Source of the DNA: the human T2T-CHM13v2.0 reference genome, Homo sapiens
Reading direction: 5' to 3' (one strand)
Assembly: GCF_009914755.1 (NCBI RefSeq)
Contig: NC_060927.1
Length of the DNA stretch: 64,000 nucleotides
Shown one piece after another: positions 49,500-63,300 of this stretch. Positions within the stretch are counted from its first letter, which is position 1. Each line of letters opens with the position of its first letter. The notes under the pieces were generated by a model. It saw only the letters and a list, made by a program, of their open reading frames with translations. It was not told where the DNA came from and did not search any database. The position numbers and the translations under genes were made by a program.

Positions 49500-52400
49500 A
49501 TAAAATATCAAAGTATACCAGATATATATTCTATAGTGTACATAAAATAACAAAGTACGCAAACTATAAATTATATACTGTACATAAAATATGAAATTAC
49601 ATCAAATATATATTAGGTACATAAAATATGAAAGTACATCAAATATAGATTATATACTGTACATATAATATCAATGTACCCCAAATATATATTTTATACT
49701 CTACATGAAATATCAAAGTTCACAAACCATACATTATATACTGTACATAAAATATCAAAGTACCCAAGGTATATATTCTATACTGTACAAAAAATATCAA
49801 AGTACCCAAAGCATGTATTATATACTGTACATAAAATATGAAAGTACATCAAATATATATTTTATTCTGTACATAAAATATCAAAGTACACCAGACATAT
49901 ATTCTATAGTGTACATAAAATATCAAAGTACTCAAACTATACATTATATACTGTACATAAAATATGAAATTACATCAAATATATATTACGTACATAAAAT
50001 ATGAAAGTACATCAAATATAGATTATATACTGTACATAAAATATCAATGTACCCCAAATATATATTTTATACTCTACATGAAATATCAAAGTTCACAAAC
50101 CATATATTATATAATGTACATAACATATCAAAGTACCCAAGGTATATATTCTATACTGTACAAAAAATATCAAATTACCCAAAGCATGTATTATATACTG
50201 TACATAAAATATGAAAGTACATCAAATATATATTTTATTCTGTACATAAAATATCAAAGTACACCAGATATATATTCTATAGTGTACATAAAATATCAAA
50301 GTACTCAAACTATACATTATATACTGTACATAAAATATGAAATTACATCAAATATATATTAGGTACATAAAATATGAAAGTACATCAAATATAGATTATA
50401 TACTGTACATAAAATATCAATGTACCCCAAATATATATTTTATACTCTACATGAAATATCAAAGTTCACAAACCATATATTATATAATGTACATAACATA
50501 TCAAAGTACCCAAGGTATATATTCTATACTGTACAAAAAATATCAAATTACCTAAAGCATTTATTATATACTGTACATAAAATATGAAAGTACATCAAAT
50601 ATATATTTTATTCTGTACATAAAATATCAAAGTACACCAGATATATATTCTATAGTGTACATAAAATATCAAAGTACCCAAACTATACATTATACACTGT
50701 ACATAAAATATGAAATTACATCAAATATATATTATATTAGGTACATAAAATGTGAAAGTACATCAAATACAGATTATATACTGTACATAAAATACCAAAG
50801 TACACCAAATATATATTTTATACTGTACATGAAATATCAAAGTTCACACACTATATATTATATACTGTACCTAAAATATCAAAGTACCCAAGGTATATAT
50901 TCTATACTTTACAAAAAATATCAAAGTACCCAAAGCATGTATTATATACTGTACATAAAATATGAAAGTACATCAAATATATATTTTATTCTGTACATAA
51001 AATATCAAAGTACACCAGATATATATTGTATAGTGTACATAAAATAACAAAGTACACAAACTATACATTATATAGTGTACATGAAATATGAAATTACATC
51101 AAATTTATATTATATTAGGTACATAAAATATGAAAGTACATCAAATATAGATTATATACTGTACATAAAATATCAAAGTACCCCAAATATATATTATATA
51201 CTCTACATGAAATATCAAAGTTCACAAACTATATATTATATACTGTACATAAAATATCATAGTACCCAAGGTATATATTCTATACTGTACAAAAAATATC
51301 AAAGTATCCAAAGCATGTATTATATACTGTATATAAAATATGAAAGTACATTAAATATATATTTTATTCTGTACATAATATATCAAAGTAAACCAGATAT
51401 ATATTCTATAGTGTACATAAAATAACAAAGTACACAAACTATAAATTATATACTGTACATAAAATATGAAATTACATCAAATATATATTAGGTACATAAA
51501 ATATTAAGGTACATCAAATATAGATTATATACTGTACATATAATATCAATGTACCACAAATATATATTTTATACTGTACATGAAATATCAAAGTTCACAA
51601 ATCATACATTATATACTGTACATAAAATATCAAAGTACCCAAGGTATATATTCTATACTGTACAAAAAATATCAAAGTACCCAAAGCATGTATTATATAC
51701 TGTACATAAAATATGAAAGTACATCAAATATATATTTTATTCTGTACATAAAATATCAAAGTACACCAGATATATATTCTATAGTGTACATAAAATATCA
51801 AAGTACCCAAACTCTACATTATATACTGTACATAAAATATGAAATTACATCAAATATATATTATATTAGGTACATAAAATATGAAAGCACATCAAATAAG
51901 ATTATATACTGTACATTAAATACCAAAGTACCCCAAATATATATTTTATACTGTACATCAAAATCAAAGTTCACAAACTATATATAATATACTGTACATA
52001 AAATATCAAAGTACCCATGGTATATATTCTATACTGTACAAAAAATATCAAAGTACCCAAAGCATGTATTATATACTGTATATAAAATATGAAAGTACAT
52101 CAAATATATATTTTATTCTGTACATAAAATATCAAAGTACACCAGATATATATTCTATAGTGTACATAAAATATCAAATTACCCAAACTATACATTATAT
52201 ACTGTACATAAAATATGAAATTACATCAAATATATATTATATTAGGTACATAAAATATGAAAGTACATCAAATATAGATTATATACTGTACATAAAATAT
52301 CAAAGTACCCCAAATATATATTATATACTCTACATGAAATATCAAAGTTCACAAACTATATATTATATACTGTACATAAAATATCAAAGTACCCAAGGTA

Positions 52401-55400
52401 TATATTCTATACTGTACAAAAAATATCAAAGTACCGAAGCATGTATTATATACTGTACATAAAATATGAAAGTACATCAAATATATATTTTATTCTGTAC
52501 ATAAAATATCAAAGTACACCAGATATATATTCTATAGTGTACATAAAATAACAAAGTACACAAACTATAAATTATATACTGTACATAAAATATGAAATTA
52601 CATCAAATATATATTAGGTACATAAAATATGAAAGTACATCAAATATAGATTATATACTGTCCATAAAATATCAATATTCCCCAAATATATATTTTATAC
52701 TCTACATAAAATATCAAAGTTCTCAAACCATATATTATATAATGTACATAAAATATCAAAGTACCCAAGGTATATATTCTATACTGTACAAAAAATATCA
52801 AAGTACCCAAAGCATTTATTATATACTGTACATAAAATATGAAAGTACATCAAATATATATTTTATTCTGTACATAAAATATCAAAGTACACCAGATATA
52901 TATTCTATAGTGTACATAAAATATCAAAGGACCCAAACTATACATTATACACTGTACATAAAATATGAAATTACATCAAATATATATTATATTAGGTACA
53001 TAAAATATGAAAGTACATCAAATATAGATTATATACTGTACATAAAATACCAAAGTACCCCAAATATATATTTTATACTGTACTTGAAATATCAAAGTTC
53101 ACACACTATATATGTTATACTGTACATAAAATATCAAAGTACCCAAGGTATATATTCTATACTGTACAAAAAATATCAAAGTACCCAGAGCATGTATTAT
53201 ATATTGTACATAAAATATGAAAGTACATCAAATATATATTTTATTCTGTACATAAAATATCAAAGTACACCAGATATATATTCTATAGTGTACATAAAAT
53301 ATCAAAGTACCCAAACTATACATTATATACTGTACATAAAATATGAAATTACATCAAATATATATTATATTAGGTACATAAAATATGAAAGTACATCAAA
53401 TATAGATTATATACTGTACATAAAATATCAAATTACCCCAAATATATATTATATACTCTACATGAAATATCAAAGTTCACAAACTATATATTATATGCTG
53501 TACATAAAATATCAAAGTACCCAAGGCATATATTCTATACTGTACAAAAAATATCAAAGTATACAAAGCATGCATTATATACTGTATATAAAATATGAAA
53601 GTACATTAAATATATATTTTATTCTGTACATAAAATATCAAAGTACACCAGATATATATTCTATAGTGTACATAAAATAACAAAGTATGCAAACTATAAA
53701 TTATATACTGTACATAAAATATGAAATTACATCAAATATATATTAGGTACATAAAATATGAAAGTACATCAAATATAGATTATATACTTTACAAATAATA
53801 TCAATGTACCCCAAATATATATTTTATACTCTACATGAAATATCAAAGTTCACAAACCATACATTATATACTGTACATAAAATATCAAAGTACCCAAGGT
53901 ATATATTCTATACTGTACAAAAAATATCAAAGTACCCAAAGCATGTATTTTATACTGTACATAAAATATGAAAGTACATCAAATATATATTTTATTCTGT
54001 ACATAAAATATCAAAGTACACCAGATATATATTCTATAGTGTACATAAAATATCAAAGTACCCAAACTATACATTATATACTGTACATAAAATATGAAAT
54101 TACATCAAATATATATTAGGTACATAAAATATGAAAGTACATCAAATATAGATTATATACTGTACATAAAATATCAAAGTACACCAGATATATATTCTAT
54201 AGTGTACATAAAATATCAAAGTACCCAAACTATACATTATATACTGTACATAAAATATGAAATTACATCAAATATATATTATATTAGGTACATAAAATAT
54301 GAAAGTACATCAAATATAGATTATATACTGTACATAAAATATCAAAGTACCCCAAATATATATTATATACTCTACATGAAATATCAAAGTTCACAAACTA
54401 TATATTATATACTGTACATAAAATATCAAAGTACCCAAGGTATATATTCTATACTGTACAAAAAATATCAAAGTATCCAAAGCATGCATTATATACTGTA
54501 TATAAAATATGAAAATGCATTAAATATATATTTTATTCTGTACATAAAATATCAAAGTACACCAGATATATATTCTATAGTGTACATAAAATAACAAAGT
54601 ACGCAAACTATATATTATGTACTGTACATAAAATATGAAATTACATCAAATATATATTAGGTACATAAAATATGAAAGTACATCAAATATAGATTATATA
54701 CTGTACATATAATATCAATGTACCCCAAATATATATTTTATACTCTACATGAAATATCGAAGTTCACAAACCATACATTATATACTGTACATAAAATATC
54801 AAAGTACCCAAGGTATATATTCTATACTGTACAAAAAATATCAAAGTACCCAAAGCATGTATTATATACTGTACATAAAATATGAAAGTACATCAAATAT
54901 ATATTTTATTCTGTACATAAAATATCAAAGTACACCAGATATATATTCTATAGTGTACATAAAATATCAAAGTACCCAAACTATACATTATATACTGTAC
55001 ATAAAATATGAAATTACATCAAATATATATTAGGTACATAAAATATGAAAGTACATCAAATATAGATTATATACTGTACATAAAATATCAATGTACCCCA
55101 AATATATATTTTATACTCTACATGAAATATCAAAGTTCACAAACCATATATTATATAATGTACATAAAATATCAAAGTACCCAAGGTATATATTCTATAC
55201 TGTACAAAAAATATCAAATTACCGAAAGCATTTATTATATACTGTACATAAAATATGAAAGTACATCAAATATATATTTTATTCTGTACATAAAATATCA
55301 AAGTACACCAGATATATATTCTATAGTGTACATAAAATATCAAAGTACCCAAACTATACATTATACACTGTACATAAAATATGAAATTACATCAAATATA

Positions 55401-58400
55401 TATTATATTAGGTACATAAAATATGAAAGTACATCAAATACAGATTATATACTGTACATAAAATACCAAAGTACACCAAATATATATTTTATACTGTACA
55501 TGAAATATCAAAGTTCACACACTCTATATTATATACTGTACCTAAAATATCAAAATACCCAAGGTATATATTCTATACTTTACAAAAAATATCAAAGTAC
55601 CCAAAGCATGTATTATATACTGTACATAAAATATGAAAGTACATCAAATATATATTTTATTCTGTACATAAAATATCAAAGTACGCCAGATATATATTCT
55701 ATAGTGTACATAAAATATCAAAGTACCCAAACTATACATTATATACTGTACATGAAATATGAAATTACATCAAATTTATATTATATTAGGTACATAAAAT
55801 TTGAAAGTACATCAAATATAGATTATATACTGTACATAAAATATCAAAGTACCCCAAATATATATTATATACTCTACATGAAATATCAAAGTTCACAAAC
55901 TATATGTTATATACTGTACATAAAATATCATAGTACCCAAGGTATATATTCTATACTGTACAAAAAATATCAAAGTATCCAAAGCATGTATTATATACTG
56001 TATATAAAATATGAAAGTACATTAAATATATATTTTATTCTGTACATAAAATATCAAAGTATACCAGATATATATTCTATAGTGTACATAAAATAACAAA
56101 GTACGCAAACTATAAATTATATACTGTACATAAAATATGAAATTACATCAAATATATATTAGGTACATAAAATATGAAAGTACATCAAATATAGATTATA
56201 TACTGTACATATAATATCAATGTACCCCAAATATATATTTTATACTCTACATGAAATATCAAAGTTCACAAACCATACATTATATACTGTACATAAAATA
56301 TCAAAGTACCCAAGGTATATATTCTATACTGTACAAAAAATATCAAAGTACCCAAAGCATGTATTATATACTGTACATAAAATATGAAAGTACATCAAAT
56401 ATATATTTTATTCTGTACATAAAATATCAAAGTACACCAGATATATATTCTATAGTGTACATAAAATATCAAAGTACTCAAACTATACATTATATACTGT
56501 ACATAAAATATGAAATTACATCAAATATATATTAGGTACATAAAATATGAAAGTACATCAAATATAGATTATATACTGTACATAAAATATCAATGTACCC
56601 CAAATATATATTTTATACTCTACATGAAATATCAAAGTTCACAAACCATATATTATATAATGTACATAACATATCAAAGTACCCAAGGTATATAATCTAT
56701 ACTGTACAAAAAATATCAAATTACCCAAAGCATGTATTATATACTGTACATAAAATATGAAAGTACATCAAATATATATTTTATTCTGTACATAAAATAT
56801 CAAAGTACACCAGATATATATTCTATAGTGTACATAAAATATCAAAGTACTCAAACTATACATTATATACTGTACATAAAATATGAAATTACATCAAATA
56901 TATATTAGGTACATAAAATATGAAAGTACATCAAATATAGATTATATACTGTACATAAAATATCAATGTACCCCAAATATATATTTTATACTCTACATGA
57001 AATATCAAAGTTCACAAACCATATATTATATAATGTACATAACATATCAAAGTACCCAAGGTATATATTCTATACTGTACAAAAAATATCAAATTACCTA
57101 AAGCATTTATTATATATTGTACATAAAATATGAAAGTACATCAAATATATATTTTATTCTGTACATAAAATATCAAAGTACACCAGATATATATTCTATA
57201 GTGTACATAAAATATCAAAGTACCCAAACTATACATTATACACTGTACATAAAATATGAAATTACATCAAATATATATTATATTAGGTACATAAAATATG
57301 AAAGTACATCAAATACAGATTATATACTGTACATAAAATATCAAAGTACCCCAAATATATATTATATACTCTACATGAAATATCAAAGTTCACAAACTAT
57401 ATATTATATACTGTACATAAAATATCATAGTACCCAAGGTATATATTCTATACTGTACAAAAAATATCAAAGTATCCAAAGCATGTATTATATACTGTAT
57501 ATAAAATATGAAAGTACATTAAATATATATTTTATTCTGTACATAATATATCAAAGTACACCAGATATATATTCTATAGTGTACATAAAATAACAAAGTA
57601 CACAAACTATAAATTATATACTGTACATAAAATATGAAATTACATCAAATATATATTAGGTACATAAAATATTAAGGTACATCAAATATAGATTATATAC
57701 TGTACATATAATATCAATGTACCACAAATATATATTTTATACTGTACATGAAATATCAAAGTTCACAAATCATACATTATATACTGTACATAAAATATCA
57801 AAGTACCCAAGGTATATATTCTATACTGTACAAAAAATATCAAAGTACCCAAAGCATGTATTATATACTGTACATAAAATATGAAAGTACATCAAATATA
57901 TATTTTATTCTGTACATAAAATATCAAAGTACACCAGATATATATTCTATAGTGTACATAAAATATCAAATTACCCAAACTCTACATTATATACTGTACA
58001 TAAAATATGAAATTACATCAAATATATATTATATTAGGTACATAAAATATGAAAGCACATCAAATAAGATTATATACTGTACATTAAATACCAAAGTACC
58101 CCAAATATATATTTTATACTGTACATCAAAATCAAAGTTCACAAACTATATATAATATACTGTACATAAAATATCAAAGTACCCATGGTATATATTCTAT
58201 ACTGTACAAAAAATATCAAAGTACCCAAAGCATGTATTATATACTGTATATAAAATATGAAAGTACATCAAATATATATTTTATTCTGTACATAAAATAT
58301 CAAAGTACACCAGATATATATTCTATAGTGTACATAAAATATCAAATTACCCAAACTATACATTATATACTGTACATAAAATATGAAATTACATCAAATA

Positions 58401-60340
58401 TATATTATATTAGGTACATAAAATATGAAAGTACATCAAATATAGATTATATACTGTACATAAAATATCAAAGTACCCCAAATATATATTATATACTCTA
58501 CATGAAATATCAAAGTTCACAAACTATATATTATATACTGTACATAAAATATCAAAGTACCCAAGGTATATATTCTATACTGTACAAAAAATATCAAAGT
58601 ACCGAAGCATGTATTATATACTGTACATAAAATATGAAAGTACATCAAATATATATTTTATTCTGTACATAAAATATCAAAGTACACCAGATATATATTC
58701 TATAGTGTACATAAAATAACAAAGTACACAAACTATAAATTATATACTGTACATAAAATATGAAATTACATCAAATATATATTAGGTACATAAAATATGA
58801 AAGTACATCAAATATAGATTATATACTGTCCATAAATTATCAATGTTCCCCAAATATATATTTTATACTCTACATAAAATATCAAAGTTCTCAAACCATA
58901 TATTATATAATGTACATAAAATATCAAAGTACCCAAGGTATATATTCTATACTGTACAAAAAATATCAAAGTACCCAAAGCATTTATTATATACTGTACA
59001 TAAAATATGAAAGTACATCAAATAAATATTTTATTCTGTACATAAAATATCAAAGTACACCAGATATATATTCTATAGTGTACATAAAATATCAAAGGAC
59101 CCAAACTATACATTATACACTGTACATAAAATATGAAATTACATCAAATATATATTATATTAGGTACATAAAATATGAAAGTACATCAAATATAGATTAT
59201 ATACTGTACATAAAATACCAAAGTACCCCAAATATATATTTTATACTGTACTTGAAATATCAAAGTTCACACACTATATATTTTATACTGTACATAAAAT
59301 ATCAAAGTACCCAAGGTATATATTCTATACTGTACAAAAAATATCAAAGTACCCAGAGCATGTATTATATATTGTACATAAAATATGAAAGTACATCAAA
59401 TATATATTTTATTCTGTACATAAAATATCAAAGTACACCAGATATATATTCTATAGTGTACATAAAATATCAAAGTACCCAAACTATACATTATATACTG
59501 TACATAAAATATGAAATTACATCAAATATATATTATATTAGGTACATAAAATATGAAAGTACATCAAATATAGATTATATACTGTACATAAAATATCAAA
59601 TTACCCCAAATATATATTATATACTCTACATGAAATATCAAAGTTCACAAACTATATATTATATGCTGTACATAAAATATCAAAGTACCCAAGGCATATA
59701 TTCTATACTGTACAAAAAATATCAAAGTATCCAAAGCATGCATTATATACTGTATATAAAATATGAAAGTACATTAAATATATATTTTATTCTGTACATA
59801 AAATATCAAAGTACACCAGATATATATTCTATAGTGTACATAAAATAACAAAGTATGCAAACTATAAATTATATACTGTACATAAAATATGAAATTACAT
59901 CAAATATATATTAGGTACATAAAATATGAAAGTACATCAAATATAGATTATATACTGTACAAATAATATCAATGTACCCCAAATATATATTTTATACTCT
60001 ACATGAAATATCAAAGTTCACAAACCATACATTATATACTGTACATAAAATATCAAAGTACCCAAGGTATATATTCTATACTGTACAAAAAATATCAAAG
60101 TACCCAAAGCATGTATTATATACTGTACATAAAATATGAAAGTACATCAAATATATATTTTATTCTGTACATAAAATATCAAAGTACACCAGATATATAT
60201 TCTATAGTGTACATAAAATATCAAAGTACCCAAACTATACATTATATACTGTACATAAAATATGAAATTACATCAAATATATATTAGGTACATAAAATAT
60301 GAAAGTACATCAAATATAGATTATATACTGTACATAAAGT
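49500..60340 (+). repeat. Large duplication, about 49500-54170 vs about 56040-60340 (offset 6546, then 6168)
   Basis: ORF pairs 49705/56251, 49964/56510 and 50337/56883 are offset by 6546. Pairs 51580/57748, 52064/58232, 52592/58760 and 53835/60003 are offset by 6168. The difference is exactly one 378-bp HOR. Small deletions are shared (AAATAAGATT, CATCAAAATC, GTACCGAAGC). Confidence 0.9.
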
Positions 60341-63300
60341 ATCAATGTACCCCAAATATATATTTTATACTCTACATGAAATATCAAAGTTCACAAACCA
60401 TATATTATATAATGTACATAAAATATCAAAGTACCCAAGGTATATATTCTATACTTTAAAAAAAATATCAAATTACCCAAAGCATGTATTATATACTGTA
60501 CATAAAATATGAAAGTACATCAAATATATATTTTATTCTGTACATAATATATCAAAGTACACCAGATATATATTCTATAGTGTACATAAAATATCAAAGT
60601 ACCCAAACTATACATTATACACTGTACATAAAATATGAAATTACATCAAATATATATTATATTAGGTACATAAAATATGAAAGTACATCAAATATAGATT
60701 ATATACTGTACGTAAAATACCAAAGTACCCCAAATACATATTTTATACTGTACATCAAATATCAAAGTTCAGAAACTATATATTATATACTGTACATAAA
60801 ATATCAAAATACCCATGGTATATATTCTATACTGTAAAAAAATATCAAAGTACTCAAAGCATGTATTATATACTGTACATAAAATATGAAAGTACATCAA
60901 ATATATATTTTATTCTGTACATAAAATATCAAAGTACAGCAGATATATATTCTATAGTGTACATAAAATATCAAAATACCCAAACTATGCATTATATACT
61001 GTACATAAAATATGAAATTACATCAAATATATATTATATTAAGTACATAAAATATGAAAGTACATCAAATATAGATTATATACTCTACATAAAATATCAA
61101 AGTACCCCAAATATATATTATATACTCTACATGAAATATCAAAGTTCACAAACTATATATTATATACTGTACATAAAATATCAAAGTACCCAAGGTATAT
61201 ATTCTATACTGTACAAAAAATATCAAAGTACCCAAAGCATGTATTATATACTGTACATAAAATATGAAACTACATCAAATATATTTTTTATTCTGTATAT
61301 AAAATATCAAAGTACACCAGATATATATTCTATAGTGTACATAAATTATCAAAGTACCCAAACTATACATTATATACTGTACATAAAATATGAAAGTACA
61401 TCAAATATATATTTCATTCTGTACATAAAATATCAAAGTACACCAGATATATATTCTATAGTGTACATAAAATATCAAAGTACCCAAACTATACATTATA
61501 TACTGTACATAAAATATGAAATTACATCAAATATATATTAGGTACATAAAATATGAAAGTACATCAAATATAGATTATATACTTTACATAAAATATCAAA
61601 GTACACCAAATATATATTATATACTGTACATGAAATATCAAAGTTCACAAACTATATATTATATACTGTACATAAAATATCAAAGTACCCAAGGTATATA
61701 TTCTATACTGTACAAAAAATATCAAAGTACTCAAAGCATGTATTATATACTGTACATAAAATATGAAAGTACATCAAATATATATTTTATTCTGTACATA
61801 AAATATCAACGTACACCAGATATATATACTATAGTGTACATAAAATAACAAAGTACACAAACTATAAATTATATACTGTACATAAAATATGAAATTACAT
61901 CAAATATATATTAGGTACATAAAATATGAAAGTACATCAAATATAGATTATATACTGTACATAAAATATCAATGTACCCCAAATATATATTTTATACTCT
62001 ACATGAAATATCAAAGTTCACAAACTACATATTATATACTGTACATAAAATATCAAAGTACACAAGGTATATATTCTATACTCTACAAAAAATATCAAAG
62101 TACCCAAAGCATGTATTATATACAGTACATAAAATATGAAAGTACATCAAATATATATTTTATTCTGTACATAAAATATCAAAGTACACCAGATATATAT
62201 TCTATAGTGTACATAAAATAACAAAGTACACAACACTATAAATTATATACTGTACATAAAATATGAAATTACATCAAATATATATTAGGTACATAAAGTA
62301 TGAAAGTACATCAAATATAGATTATATACTGTACATATAATATCAATGTACCCCAAATATATATTTTATACTCTACATGAAATATCAAAGTTCACAAACC
62401 ATATATTATATACTGTACATAAAATATCAAAGTACCCAAGGTATATATTCTATACTGTACAAAAAATATCAAAGTACCCAAAGCATGTATTATATACTGT
62501 ACATAAAATAGGAAAGTACATCAAATTTATATTTTATTCTGTACATAAAATATCAAAGTACACCAGATATATATTCTATAGTGTACATAAAATATCAAAG
62601 TACCCAAACTATACATTATATACTGTACATAAAAGATGAAATTACATCAAATATATTTTATATTAGGTACATAAAATATGAAAGTACATCAAATATAGAT
62701 TATATACTGTACATAAAATGTAAAAGTACCCCAAATATATATTATATACTGTACATGAAATATCAAAACACACAAACTATATATTATATACTGTAGAAAA
62801 AATATCAAAGTATCCAAAGCAAGTATTATATACTGTACATAAAAGATGAAAGTACATGAAATATATATTTTATTCTGTACATAAAATATCAAAGTACACC
62901 AGATATATATTTTATAGTGTACATAAAATATCAAGGTACCCAAAGTATACATTATATACTGTACATAAAATATGAAATTACATCAAATATATATTATATT
63001 AGGTACGTAAAATATGAAAGTACATCAAATATAGATTATATACTGTACATAAAATATAAAAGAACCCCAAATATATATTATATACTGTACATGAAATATC
63101 AAAATACAGAAACTATATATTATATACTGTATATAAAATATCAAAGTACCCAAGGTATATATTCTATACTGTACAAAAAATATCAAAGTACCCAAAACAT
63201 GTATTATATACTGTACATAAAATATGAAAGTATATCAAATACATATTTTATTGAGTACATAAAATAACAAAGTACACCAGATATATATTTTATAGTGTAC

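Noticed and set aside
15912-62952. Four minus-strand ORFs (15912, 16824, 47468, 62689) as possible inversions or genes
   Set aside because: The satellite keeps the same orientation there. The ORFs arise from chance loss of stop codons.
131-63267. Very many ORFs encoding KYQST/YYILYI repeats (a putative repeat protein or giant gene)
   Set aside because: They are translations of a 42-bp satellite. Frameshifting 5-bp and 1-bp indels and stop variants are abundant, and there are no unique domains or gene structure.
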